Of a DNA stretch of 64,000 bases, positions 38,711-53,579 are shown piece after piece. Made by a program: the position numbers and the translations under genes. This DNA is from Eledone cirrhosa. Taxonomy: Eukaryota. The stretch covers positions 41,478,001 through 41,542,000 of the forward strand of contig OZ024745.1 of assembly GCA_964016885.1 (NCBI GenBank). Reading direction: 5' to 3'. Under the pieces are notes generated by a model, which was not told where the DNA came from, did not search any database, and worked only from the letters and a program-made list of their open reading frames with translations. The first letter of the stretch is position 1, and each line of letters begins with the position of its first letter.

Positions 38711-39049
38711 AATTTTGGAGACTCTACAATTAAGTGAAAATGATGGACGGTTTAAGATCGATTAGAACACTCCCATTATTACCACCATCATTATCATGAT
38801 CATCATCTACAACAGCAGCAGCAACATCACCATCAGCAACAGCAGCAACATCACCATCAGCAACAGTAGCAATATCGTCATTAATAACAACATCATCATC
38901 ATCGCCAATAACAACGTCATCATTATCATGAAGTTATTAATGATATAAGCTGCTCCTCCACCAATCAACCATTATCACAAGTATTATCACCACCACTGTC
39001 ACCTCCATTACCACCACCATAGTACCATCGTCACCTCCATTACCACCAC

Positions 39050-42000
39050 CATGATAACATCACCACCACCACTGTCACCACCATGTTACCATCACCACTA
39101 CCACTGTCACCACCATGCTACCATCACCACTACCACTACCACCACCATGCTACCATCACCACTACCACTACCACCACCATGCTACCATCACCCCTACCAC
39201 TGTCACCACCGTGCTACCATCACCACTACCACTGTCACCACCATGCTACCATCACCACCACCACCACTGTCACCACCGTGCTACCATCACCACCACCACT
39301 GTCACCACCGTGCTACCATCACCACTACCACTGTCACCACCGTGCTACCATCACCACTACCACTGTCACCACCATGCTACCATCACCACCACCACTGTCA
39401 CCACCGTGCTACCATCACCACTACCACTACCACCACCATGCTACCATCACCACCACCACTGTCACCACCATGTTACCATCACCACTACCACTACCACCAC
39501 CACTACCACTGTCACCACCGGGCTACCATCACCACTACCACTGTCACCACCATGCTACCATCACCACCACCACTGTCACCACCGTGCTACCATCACCACT
39601 ACCACTGCCACCACCATGCTACCATCACCACCACCACTGTCACCACCATGTTACCATCACCACTACCACTACCACCACCACTACCACTGTCACCACCGTG
39701 CTACCATCACCACTACCACTGTCACCACCATGCTACCATCACCACCACCACTGTCACCACCGTGCTACCATCACCACTACCACTACCACCACCATGCTAC
39801 CATCACCACTGTCACCACCATGCTACCATCACCACGACCACTGTCACCACCATGCTACCATCACCACTACCACTGTCACCACCGTGCTACCATCACCACT
39901 ACCACTGTCACCACCATGCTACCATCACCACTGTCACCACCATGCTACCATCACCACTACGACTGTCACCACCATGCTACCATCACCACCACCACTGTCA
40001 CCACCGTGCTAACATCACCACTACCACTACCACCACCATGCTACCATCACCACTACCACTGTCACCACCATGCTACCATCACCACTACCACTGTCACCAC
40101 CATGCTACCATCACCACTACCACTGTCACCACCATGCTACCATCACCACTACCACTGTCACCACCATGCTACCATCACCACTACCACTGTCACCACCGTG
40201 CTACCATCACCACTACCATTACCACCACCGTGCTACCATCACCACTACCACTACCACCACCGTGCTACCATCACCACTACCATTACCACCACCGTGCTAC
40301 CATCACCACTACCACTACCACCACCATGCTACATTCACCACTACCACTGTCACCACCATGCTACCATCACCACCACCACTGTCACCACCGTGCTACCATC
40401 ACCACCACCACTGTCACCACCATGCTACCATCACCACCACCACTGTCACCACCATGCTACCATCACCACTACCACTGTCACCACCATGCTACCATCACCA
40501 CTACCACTGTCACCACCATGCTACCATCACCACTACCACTGTCACCACCATGCTACCATCACCACTACCACTACCACCACCATGCTACCATCACCACCAC
40601 CACTGTCACCACCATGCTACCATCACCACTACCACTGTCACCACCATGCTACCATCACCACTACCACTGTCACAACCTTGCTACCATCACCACTACCACT
40701 ACCACCACCATGCTACCATCACCACTACCACTACCACCACCATGCTACCATCACCCCTACCACTGTCACCACCATGCTACCATCACCACCACCACTGTCA
40801 CCACCATGCTACCATCACCACTACCACTACCACCACCATGCTACCATCACCACCACCACTGTCACCACCATGCTACCATCACCACTACCACTGTCACCAC
40901 CATGCTACCATCACCACTGTCACCACCATGCTACCATCACCACTGTCACCACCATGCTACCATCACCACTACCACTGTCACCACCATGCTACCATCACCA
41001 CTACCACCACCATGCTACCATCACCACTACCACTGTCACCACCATGCTACCATCACCACTGTCACCACCATGCTACCATCACCACTGTCACCACCATGCT
41101 ACCATCACCACTACCACTGTCACCACCATGCTACCATCACCACTACCACTGTCACCACCGTGCTACCATCACCACTACCACTGTCACCACCATGCTACCA
41201 TCACCACTACCACTGTCACCACCATGCTACCATCACCACTACCACTGTCACCACCATGCTACCATCACCACGACCACTGTCACCACCATGCTACCATCAC
41301 CACTGTCACCACCATGCTACCATCACCACCACCACTGTCACCACCATGCTACCATCACCACTACCACTGTCACCACCATGCTACCATCACCACTACCACT
41401 GTCACCACCATGCTACCATCACCACGACCACTGTCACCACCATGCTACCATCACCACTACCACTGTCACCACCGTGCTACCATCACCACTACCACTGTCA
41501 CCACCGTGCTACCATCACCACTACCACTGTCACCACCATGCTACCATCACCACTGTCACCACCATGCTACCATCACCACTACCACTGTCACCACCATGCT
41601 ACCATCACCACTGTCACCACCATGCTACCATCACCACGACCACTGTCACCACCATGCTACCATCACCACTACCACTGTCACCACCATGCTACCATCACCA
41701 CTGTCACCACCATGCTACCATCACCACGACCACTGTCACCACCATGCTACCATCACCACTACCACTGTCACCACCATGCTACCATCACCACTGTCACCAC
41801 CATGCTACCATCACCACTGTCACCACCATGCTACCATCACCACGACCACTGTCACCACCATGCTACCATCACCACTACCACTGTCACCACCGTGCTACCA
41901 TCACCACTACCACTGTCACCACCGTGCTACCATCACCACTACCACTGTCACCACCATGCTACCATCACCACTGTCACCACCATGCTACCATCACCACTAC

Positions 42001-44370
42001 CACTGTCACCACCATGCTACCATCACCACTACCACTGTCACCACCATGCTACCATCACCACTGTCACCACCATGCTACCATCACCACTACCACTGTCACC
42101 ACCATGCTACCATCACCACTGTCACCACCATGCTACCATCACCACTACCACTGTCACCACCATGCTACCATCACCACTACCACTGTCACCACCATGCTAC
42201 CATCACCACTGTCACCACCATGCTACCATCACCACTACCACTGTCACCACCATGCTACCATCACCACTGTCACCACCATGCTACCATCACCACTACCACT
42301 GTCACCACCATGCTACCATCACCACTACCACTGTCACCACCATGCTACCATCACCACTACCACTGTCACCACCATGCTACCATCACCACTACCACTGTCA
42401 CCACCATGCTACCATCACCACTACCACTGTCACCACCATGCTACCATCACCACTGTCACCACCATGCTACCATCACCACTACCACTGTCACCACCATGCT
42501 ACCATCACCACTACCACTGTCACCACCATGCTACCATCACCACTACCACTGTCACCACCATGCTACCATCACCACTGTCACCACCATGCTACCATCACCA
42601 CTGTCACCACCATGCTACCATCACCACGACCACTGTCACCACCATGCTACCATCACCACTACCACTGTCACCACCATGCTACCATCACCACTGTCACCAC
42701 CATGCTACCATCACCACTGTCACCACCATGCTACCATCACCACGACCACTGTCACCACCATGCTACCATCACCACTACCACTGTCACCACCGTGCTACCA
42801 TCACCACTACCACTGTCACCACCGTGCTACCATCACCACTACCACTGTCACCACCATGCTACCATCACCACTGTCACCACCATGCTACCATCACCACTAC
42901 CACTGTCACCACCATGCTACCATCACCACTGTCACCACCATGCTACCATCACCACTGTCACCACCATGCTACCATCACCACGACCACTGTCACCACCATG
43001 CTACCATCACCACTACCACTGTCACCACCATGCTACCATCACCACGACCACTGTCACCACCATGCTACCATCACCACTACCACTGTCACCACCGTGCTAC
43101 CATCACCACTACCACTGTCACCACCATGCTACCATCACCACTGTCACCACCATGCTACCATCACCACTACCACTGTCACCACCATGCTACCATCACCACC
43201 ACCACTGTCACCACCATGCTACCATCACCACTACCACTGTCACCACCATGCTACCATCACCACCACCACTGTCACCACCATGCTACCATCACCACTACCA
43301 CTGTCACCACCATGCTACCATCACCACCACCACTGTCACCACCATGCTACCATCACCACTACCACTGTCACCACCATGCTACCATCACCACTACCACTGT
43401 CACCACCATGCTACCATCACCACTACCACTGTCACCACCTTGCTACCATCACCACTACCACTGTCACCACCATGCTACCATCACCACTACCACTACCACC
43501 ACCATGCTACCATCACCACCACCACTGTCACCACCATGCTACCATCACCACTACCACTGTCACCACCGTGCTACCATCACCACTACCACTACCACCACCA
43601 TGCTACCATCACCACTACCACTGTCACCACCATGCTACCATCACCACTACCACTGTCACCACCATGCTACCATCACCACTACCACTACCACCACCATGCT
43701 ACCATCACCACTACCACTGTCACCACCATGCTACCATCACCACTACCACTGTCACCACCTTGCTACCATCACCACTACCACTACCACCACCATGCTACCA
43801 TCACCACTACCACTACCACCACCATGCTACCATCACCCCTACCACTGTCACCACCATGCTACCATCACCACCACCACTGTCACCACCATGCTACCATCAC
43901 CACTACCACTGTCACCACCGTGCTACCATCACCACTACTACTGTCACCACCATGCTACCATCACCACTACCACTGTCACCACCATGCTACCATCACCACT
44001 ACCACTGTCACCACCATGCTACCATCACCACCACCACTGTCACCACCATGCTACCATCACCACTACCACTGTCACCACCATGCTACCATCACCACCACCA
44101 CTGTCACCACCATGCTACCATCACCACTACCACTGTCACCACCATGCTACCATCACCACTACCACTGTCACCACCATGCTACCATCACCACTACCACTGT
44201 CACCAGCATGTTACCATCGCCACCACCTCTGTCACCACCATGCTACCATCACCACTACCACTGTCACCACCATGCTACCATCACCACCACCACTGTCACC
44301 ACCATGCTACCATCACCACTACCACTGTCACCAGCATGTTACCATCGCCACCACCTCTGTCACCACCATG
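39050..44370. repeat. 32-bp satellite (ccatgctaccatcaccactaccactgtcacca) with 26-bp variant
   Basis: Long tandem array with degenerate (CAC)-rich flanks from ~38985 to ~45160. Confidence 0.97.
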
Positions 44371-45319
44371 TTACCATTGTCACCACCAATACCATCAATA
44401 CCGCCACCATTGTCACCTCCATTACCACCACCATAGTACCATCGTCACCACCATTACCACCACCCTGCTACCATCACCACTACCACTGTCACCACCATTT
44501 TACCATCACCACTACCACTGTCACCACCATGCTACCATTGTCACCACCAAAACCATCAATACCGCCACCACTATCACCACCAATACCATCCACCATACAA
44601 CATTCACCACCAATGCTGCCACCATGCTATAATCCTCACCACTACTATCACCACCACTGTTTCCAAAATTACCATCACCATGCTACCATCGTCACACCAG
44701 CACTACTACTGTAACCAGCATTATCGTCACCACCAGCACCAAAATCATGCTACCACCGTCGCCACCATTGTCACCACCAGCACCACCACTATCACTACCA
44801 GTACCGCCACAATGTTACCATCGTCACAACCATTCCTACCACCATGTCACCACCACCACCACCACCACTTTAACACTACTGTCACCACCAACACCAACAT
44901 CATGCTATCACCGTCACCATCACTGGCAACACCAGCACCACCACTATCACTACCAGTACCGCCACAATGTTACCATCATCACAACCATTCCTACCACCAT
45001 GTCACCACCACCACCACCACCACCACCACCACCACCACTTTAACACTACTGTCACCACCAACACCAACATCATGCTATCACCGTCACCATCACTGGCAAC
45101 ACCAGCACCATGGCTCCCATCATCAACACCACAGTCACCAGCATTCTCTCCGCCACTACCACCTGGATATCACGTTTGGGATTGTTGTTGCTTTGTTCCA
45201 ACTAGCGTCCCTAATTTGTAATTTGATTTCAAATTATCCTCGAAAGGAAAATCTTGAACAACAAGTTCGCCAGCTGAGACTGACGAATTCGTTAATTATG
45301 AATGAGAAAATAAGCATAG

Positions 45320-46110
45320 TTGTGTAGTATAATGTAGTGTAGTGTAGTATAGTATTGTGCAGTATAATGTAGTGTAGTGTAGTATAGTATTGTGCAGTAT
45401 AGTGTAGTGCATTATTAAAAAGAATAATTATTTCTACTTTAGGCACAAGGCCAGCAATTATCCCAGTGCATTACTGGTACTTTATTTTATCGACCCCGTA
45501 AGGATGAAAGGCAAAGTTAACCTCGGCGGGATTTGAACTCAGATCATAAAGGGACGTAACTATGCTGGAAAGCATGGCGTCCGACCCTCTACCGATACTG
45601 CCAATCCGCAATATTATTAAAAAGAATAATGTCTGCATTGAAAATTTCTATCGGTAAAAAGCAGTATATTCCAGGGTGGTGTAGTGCTATGCAATTTTAA
45701 GCTATGTAATATATTTTTATCTAGTGTTGTGTCGTTTGCAGATACGGTTTCTCTCAGCCTAAAACAGTATTTATGTATGTAATGTAGTGTATTATAGTGT
45801 AACGTAGTATCGAGTAGTATCGTCTGCACAGAAAAACAGTATCTTCAATTGTAGTATAATGTAGTGTGCTGTAATTTATTGTAGTTTAGTGTAATGCAAC
45901 GTAGTGTAGCGTAAGTATAGTGTTATGTAGTGCACTGTAGTGTAGTGTAATATAGTGTAGTTAATATCGTCTGCACAGAAAAACAGTATTTTCAATTGTG
46001 ATATAATGTAGTGTGCTGTAATTTATTGTAGTTTAATATAGTTTCGAGTAGTCTAGTGCAACTTAGTGCAGTTTAATGTAGCGTAATATAGAGTAGTGTA
46101 ATATCGTCTG
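45320..46110. repeat. (TAGTG)n-derived degenerate repeat interrupted by a SINE (45425-45608, minus)
   Basis: Pentamer repeats and recurring atcgtctgcacagaaaaacagtat blocks. Confidence 0.75.
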
Positions 46111-48199
46111 CATAGAGAAGCAATACCTCCCTCGGCATGATATTATTGTCACTTTACTAGGTGTTCAATTTTTTTACCTTCTCGGGATTCGATACTAGTG
46201 ACAGAATCTCAATATTAATAGCAAAATCTCCTGTGAATTAGATTTTGCTGTCTGTTTTAGACAATACAGTAACAGTAAAATTAATTTTCCATCCTCCTCG
46301 CCAGTAAGCTTTTGCTATTATATTTGTTCTTTTAGCGTAAAAGGTTTTAGCTTTTTACAGCTTTTACCATCTTTCTCATCATCATAATCTTCATTATCCT
46401 CATCTTATAATCTTCATCACCATCATCATTCACATCAGCATAACCAACATCTTCGTTTTCATCAGTATAATTTATATCATCATAATTTTCCTTGAAATCA
46501 CTATCATAATCTTCATCATCATTGTCACTATCATGATCATAATCTTTCTTATAATCTTCATCATCACAATTATCATCAAATTTTCATCATCATAATCCAT
46601 AGAGTGACAGTTAGTGTTACTTGAAATCGTCAGAATGACGATTCTGCGCAAGCCTGGACAATGGGAGAGTGTACACTCCATGAGACATCCAGGATGTACA
46701 ATACAACAAGGTCTGCAACTTCAGAGCCATCATAACTCCCAATGGAAATATCGTATAACGGGTACTTACATTTACAACCTAGCTGTAATCGTCATGATAT
46801 ACCAGTGGCCCTTTTTTAGGGACAGCGGAGCGGGAGGGGGTGATATGAAAGAACAGAAGTCTACGATATTAAGCTGGGTAGATCTATAGGCTGCTTTATT
46901 ATTGATACTGCGAACCTTGTTGAAAACGGAGACACTACGGTTCCATTCGACTAATCCCAAAATTGACGGCGTTGTGTACGTTATTACTCACTATACAATC
47001 TCCGTTTTATAAAAGTATATATATCATCTACTTATATATATAACCAGCAATTTCTCTGTCTGTCTGTCCGACAGTGGAAACACGTGCGTAGAGAGAGAGT
47101 GAGAGTGAAATAAAGAGACAGACTACGAGAGGGGGATAGCGGGAGGGAGAGAGAGTGAATAGACGCTAAAACACGTGCTACAGAAATATTACCTTCCCCT
47201 TCCTTTCTCCACTTTGGTACTACCAAGAGAAACACTGTCGCTATAGAAACATTACCTTCCCCTCTCCACTGACTTTGGTCACTGAGGCCGAGGGAATCGC
47301 TGGTTGCTATAGAGACACCTTGCACAAGCCAGAAGTAACCAGTTCGAGGCGGTTCTGACTTGACACCATGCCAAGTCTACTTATAATATATAATGGGCAT
47401 TTCTCTGTTTGTTTGTCTGTCTGTCCGTCTGTAAAAAATGCCAAGGAAACAAATAGACGCGGTTTCAAATCTCTATGCTTTTCAAATTCATTACATTAAT
47501 CTTTATTTATACGTTTCGCTTTACGAGTGTTTCGACTTACGAGTGTTTCGGCTTACGAGTGTTTCGGCTAATCATTATATATAAACGTTTCTATTTCCAT
47601 CGTTTTATCGTAAACGTTTATATATTTACATCGTTATATCATAACGTTTATGTATCATAACGTTTATGTATCATAACGTTTATATTTCCGTCACTAATCT
47701 CTTTTTCTCCTTTTTCGTTTTAACATATATTTATTTCAAAGATTTCACCGTATAGATAACATATATATTTATACATGCATAAAAGACACACCGAGAAACG
47801 GTGAACATGTGATGCCGAAAACATTTCTCATCCGAATCTCAACAATATCAGTATATACACTAGATTTGCTAGCAGAAAACCGCCCGCTGGTGGTTTCCTG
47901 CTAGTCTATATATATAAAACTGAGGATGTCTGTCTGTGTCTGTGTGAGTTTGAATCCCTAAAACTAGAGAAGCACCCAACCGACTGTTTTCAAACTTTAC
48001 ACATGTAATACTTATGTTTCAGGGAGTGTTCTGAGCAAAAATTATTTCAAATTTTCAATGTCCTAGGGACCGCATTAGGCGATTTAGTGATATCTCTCTA
48101 TAATTCTTAGTCTTTCTCTTTTTAGATAGATACATACAAATAATGTCGCGCTCTTATAATATATGTCTGTATGTCTGCATTACGTCACTTCCCTGAGGA

Positions 48200-48297
<98 letters not shown>

Positions 48298-49492
48298 AAT
48301 CCCTAAAACCTAGAAGTAGCCAGCCGATTTTTTTCAAATTTTACATGTGTATTACTTATATTTCAGGAAGTGTTATGCACATAAAAAATTCAACTTTTTG
48401 ATCTCCTAGCGCCCGCATTAGGTGAAAAACTTCGTTTTTAAGCTTTTTAGGGGTTTTTTGAGGCGTTATGTCAGACCGATTTCCTTGAAATTGTAACTAT
48501 GTATTAGTCAGTCTCTTCTTCATACCGTGAGCAAAGAAAATCCAACTTTTTTATGGCCTAGGGCCCGCATTAGGTGAAAAGCTTCATTTTTTTCAGTTTT
48601 TTAGGGCTTTTTGGAGGCGTTACGTCTAGCTGATTTTCCCGAAATTTCAAGGCATATTATGCACATAAAAAAATATTATTTTCTTGATCCCCTAGGTGAA
48701 AACCTGCATTTTTCCTGCTTCATCGAGGAAAATCTTAAAGATTATCCAGCCATCAGAGTATTCGGTTTATTTTCTTTACATATTGTCCAGGCATGCAGTT
48801 TTTACACGATTAGGTCTGTTGGTGGCCCGCGTTCCAAAATACCTTAAATACCTTATTTCGTGCAACGCCGGGTACCACTGCTAGTCTATATATCTAAAAC
48901 AGAGAATGTTTGTCTGTCTGACTCCATAAAACTCGAGAACCACTCAACCGATTGTTTTCAAACTTTACACATGTAATACTTATGGTCCTGTGAGTGTTTT
49001 GAGCAAAACATATTTCAAATTTTTAATGACCTAGGGACCGTATTAGGCTATTTAGCGATCTCTCTCTATAATTCTTAGTCTTTCTTTTTTGATAGATACA
49101 TAGATATAACATTGCGCCCTTATAATATCTGCCTGTATGTCTGGCTGTCTACATTACGACATTATGACGCTATATGTGTGTGTGTATATATGTATATATA
49201 TAGTGTGTGTGTATATATATATGTGTGTATATATTTATGTCAGGTCACTCTTGAGTGCTAGGGGCAACATGTAAACCAGTACAACCTGTCGCATGGTCGG
49301 ATCGTCGGCGACTAAACTGGCAACCCCACCAAGTTTACTTGGTGAGGAGGGTGATTTTGGACACCCTGCAGGACAAAAAACAAAACCTGACAAAGGGCGG
49401 AAGAACTCATAAGAGTCAACGGCCATCCAAAAATGTGTAAATATGTATATACACATGTACATATGTATGTGTATGTATATGCGTGTGTATAT

Positions 49493-49990
49493 GCCTGGGG
49501 TGTCAGGGAGGGGCATGTACCTCTGTAGGGAGGGCTAGCCATGATCTTTTCAGGACAGCTCGTCCTGCATTGGGTCCCACCTGAAGGCGGCGACAGCAAG
49601 TGGTGTGGAGCACTAGGGCACGGCGAAGCACTACAGACGTTGTGGCCATCCACTGTAGCCAAGGAAGTCCTTGGTGGTGACGGTCCTCCGTACCACCGGA
49701 TTCTGGCTTCTGCGGCCGAGTGAGTTGGACCGTCACTGTGCACTGACTATATAAACCTTTCCCGCACAGGTTTCTTCTTAAGCGTGCACACCCAAAGCCC
49801 TGCGGCGATGGGCGAGAGATGGAGGTAACAGGTGGAGCTAACCTCTGGGAGTTGCCAGTCTGACTCCGGTCTCTTTCCCTGCCCCCAGACCTGCAAATCA
49901 AGGATCGGCCTCCACAGCCACCTTCGTGCCCACGGCAGACGGGAACAACAAAACAAAAGATGTCATCATCGTTTACGGTGGATAACCAAG
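49493..49990 (+). mobile_element. Internally deleted RTE-derived element (5' UTR-like part fused to 3' end)
   Basis: GC-rich leader joined to FPCPQTCKSRIGLHSHLRAH (RTE C-terminal C2H2 motif) and a short 3' UTR. The 5' UTR assignment rests on recalled similarity. Confidence 0.6.
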
Positions 49991-50058
49991 GTATGTATAT
50001 ATATAGTGTGTAATGTTTTTCGAAATATTTACTTCTGCGTCCACAGATTGATTTTTTT

Positions 50059-50109
50059 AGTTTCAGAAGATCCCGTTAAGGGTGAAAGCAGCGGTTCTTT
50101 GCTTAAACT
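50059..50109 (+). ncRNA. Type I hammerhead ribozyme, family B (U4A core)
   Basis: agttt-CAGAAGA-tccc(gttaa)gggt-GAAA-gca(gcggttctt)tgc-TT-aaact. All three stems pair. Confidence 0.7.
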
Positions 50110-50120
50110 TTAATCTGTTA

Positions 50121-50160
<40 letters not shown>

Positions 50161-52206
50161 TATAATTATATATTCGTGTACAGATATTTTTGAATACACA
50201 ATAACAAAATATAAATAAACGTATTTATTTCACGAGGCTCGATAAGGATAAATATATATCAAATATATAAGGACCCTAGAGCAAATCCCGAGAAACGCCG
50301 GGCCATTCTGCTAGTCCTAACTATTTAGTTGAGAAGAAAATTAGATTTGTAGTCCTTAAGAGTAACGTAACGTCAGGCAAATCATGCATACTTCTATGTT
50401 TAACAAAGTACATCTATATTTATTTCATTGTATGCCGTGATATTAGTCTTTGCGTATGTGTTATTAATGCTGTTACATAGGAATAAATTATGGCTATGGT
50501 TTCTTATTTAATATATGTTCTTTTTATCAATAGGTGCATGTGCTGTTTGAAACGTATCATAATTATTTAGTTACATCAGTTAAAGTTTGTTTCAGGTCTA
50601 AAATTCTATCATTTTTAATTGGTGTTAAGCCTCTGAGAGGGCAAGACCTCCACTAAACGAGGCGTCAGTCCATCGCCTGGTTAAATACCAACTACTGCTG
50701 CTACTAGTATTCATTTTTAGCTACGTACTTGAGGCTCGTTTAATGAAGTATTTTGTCCAAGAACACAACACACCGCACAGTCCAAGAAACGAATCCATGA
50801 TATCACGATTGTAAACACAACACCTTAAGTAGTACACCACATGGCTTTACTATGTTTTAAAAAAAGGATTGGTGTATTTTCGAAATCATAGTATTGTATT
50901 CATGCCAGTCACGTCTGCTTCGTAGTTCTCAACCTAGGAGACCATATATAGAGTTATTTATGCTGAGGTATTATTGATGTTGATGATGATCATTATCATG
51001 ATTCTAAAGGTGTTGTTGATTAGGGGGAAGAAGATAAGGAAAATGAAGATTGCGATTACAATTTATTCAGTAGGCCTTTTTTAAGGTCTCCAAGGTCGGT
51101 TGGAGAGAGTAACGATGGCATTCTCAGATAGATTTGACAGGAATGCTTGCAACATAATCGACTCAGTTAAAGGCACACAAAGATCATATGGTTTTGCTAA
51201 GTTATTTTTCTCTGGTTCACTAGACTTTCTTTAAAACTTATGTAAAACGTTAGTCTCTTGTCTGTATAACCCTCATTAATCACCAACAACAACAACCAAA
51301 AGTATTATAAACAGAAATAACATCTTCGGCAACAATAGTGGCGTTTACATAAAACTGACATTAAATTTAACAACATATAAACAGAAGAAAACGAAAAATA
51401 TCAGTTTAAAAATTAAAACAAAAGAAAGAAAATGGTTAGACAGAAAATATTTTTTTAATTTAGTACAACAGTTCGACAATAATAGAAGCTGTATACGTTT
51501 CATATCATATGAGATAAGGTAAAAGGCTACTAACTACTGAGAGGAGGGGACACAGACGATTTCTTCCAGAGAAAGAATCGACCCCAGTAGTGGATTGGTC
51601 ATTTATTTATGGAACTAGGAAAGATGAAAAGCAAAGTTGACGTCGGCAAAAATAGAACTCAGATCACAATAAACCGAAACAAATAAGTCATTTTTAATCT
51701 GACGCACTAACACCACTGACAATTCGCCGTTTTAATATCACAAGAGCAACACGTAAAATAGTTATTTTGCATGCAACAATGCCGATTAAGATACATGTCT
51801 CCTGGGCCAGCAGTTTTTATCTCTTTTCTTTTGAGACTCTCTTTTAGCACTTGTTGCTGCCACTATTGCTGTCATTATTTTCTAAACTTTGGCTATTCCA
51901 TCTTGTGGAAGAAAATCTGTTGTCCGCCGTCTTATTTTTCAAAACAAATTGTGCTACAGGTAGAGAAAAACTAATTAGCTCACAAAGATACTGGTTAGTA
52001 TAATTATAAAACAATAAGAAATGTCTATGGTAATGGGAATAAAATATAGTTGTTTATAACCTTATATGACTTTCATAGCACACATTTAATTTTCTTCACC
52101 GTCACACTACGCTGGTTTTCGGCCAGTGTCTAATGACACATAATACCCTAACCTTTGTAGCAGGTTACCGTTTGGTTCTCATTAACGGCATTATCTATGA
52201 ACAGCA

Positions 52207-52322
52207 GGAGTTCAAATCCCACCGAGGTTAACTTTGCCTTTCATCCTTACGGGGTCGATAAAATAAAGCACCAGTAATGCTCTGAGATAATTGCTGGCCT
52301 TGTGTCAAAAGTAGAAACAATT
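52207..52322 (+). mobile_element. 5'-truncated tRNA-derived SINE
   Basis: gagttcaaatccc...tttcatccttacggggtcgataaaataaag. Confidence 0.8.
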
Positions 52323-52707
52323 ACCTATAAACAGCAGAATTTCTGGTGCCACCACACAAACCCCACCCACCTTGGTCGTGCCTACCAAACCCACAATGCT
52401 TAAACAGAAAATACTCGCGACCCCATCAATTGGTAATCCTCTACAATGGGTGCACATTGTAGTTCTACTCACATATAATTACAAATATCTGCGGCAACAT
52501 TCAAACAATAGTCATAAAAACTTACTCATCTATATAAAATAACCACTAGATCACAGACGTACAGTTTCCCTTAACGATGTTTCCGTCGAAGCCAAGTGAC
52601 TCTGAGCTTGAATTCAATGCGCAGGCTTTAGTTAAGTATCTTTTATTAGAAATTAATTAATGCCTTTTGAGTGAAATTTGGTTGATGGAAATGTGTGGAA
52701 AGTCGTC

Positions 52708-52768
<61 letters not shown>

Positions 52769-53579
52769 CGAAACATAAGTCAATTGCATGTGTGTGTCTG
52801 TGTGTATGAGCGCGCGCTCTTCATATATATATATAAATATATGAAACTGTTCACAGTAGATTTCAAAACGTGGCTAGCCAGAAATAATCACGAGACAAAG
52901 ATCGGTTTCCTGAATAAATAATAACATAGGATAAATAAGTTACATGAGGCAGTTCTTTCTTGGTTGAAGAATGCTTTCAGAAACGATGAAGAAGGTATGT
53001 ACCACCGTTGTCTTACCTAAAATAAAGCAGCCTTTTATATGGCTCAACATTTACAATTATAAAGAACCCTGGTCGATATGTGAAACGATGTGATTTCCAT
53101 TGAACGACGAGATACAAGGGAAAGTTTCGAAGATTAGGACAGGAAGTCGGCAGGTGAACAGGGTGGTGGTAAGAGGGGGTGGAGGGGGAGTGAGAATTGC
53201 TAACTGGGTAGTAGGAATATAGACTAATGGTAAGAGAAGGGTGGGAAAAGAGGTGGGTATGTGAAAGAAATGAAGAAGGAAGTGATAGCAGGTGATATAT
53301 TTATTGAATTATACAATGGCTTACATATCTTTAAAGAGGGGACGGGTGTGATTAACTAAATATTAATAGGAACGGGTTGGGAGAGATGGGAATGAGGAGA
53401 GAGAGTAGGAAAAGAGAAAGTTTCAAAGGGGAGATTATCTGTGTGTGAAGAGGTGCACAAGAAGGTCTATATAATTTACAAATAGAATGTTGTGTGCAGA
53501 TATGTGTGGATTTGGGGTTATAGGTGTGCTGGGGTAAATGTTTGTGTAATATGGTGTCGAAATTTGGGTGTCGAAAATT

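Larger units (their letters stand above)
47027..50314 (+). mobile_element. Head-to-tail chain of non-autonomous Helitrons with nested insertions
   Basis: 5'-TC starts at 47027, 47376, 47905 and 48885. Hairpin+CTAG ends at 47904, 48884 and 50314. Junctions read CTAG|TC. Confidence 0.8.

Noticed and set aside
38215-38765. Poly-Val / poly-Leu ORFs
   Set aside because: (AGT)n microsatellite.
39051-44714. 1887-, 1773- and 1520-aa His/Pro/Thr-rich ORFs
   Set aside because: Translation of a stop-poor 32-bp satellite. All three frames are open and the unit length is not a multiple of three.
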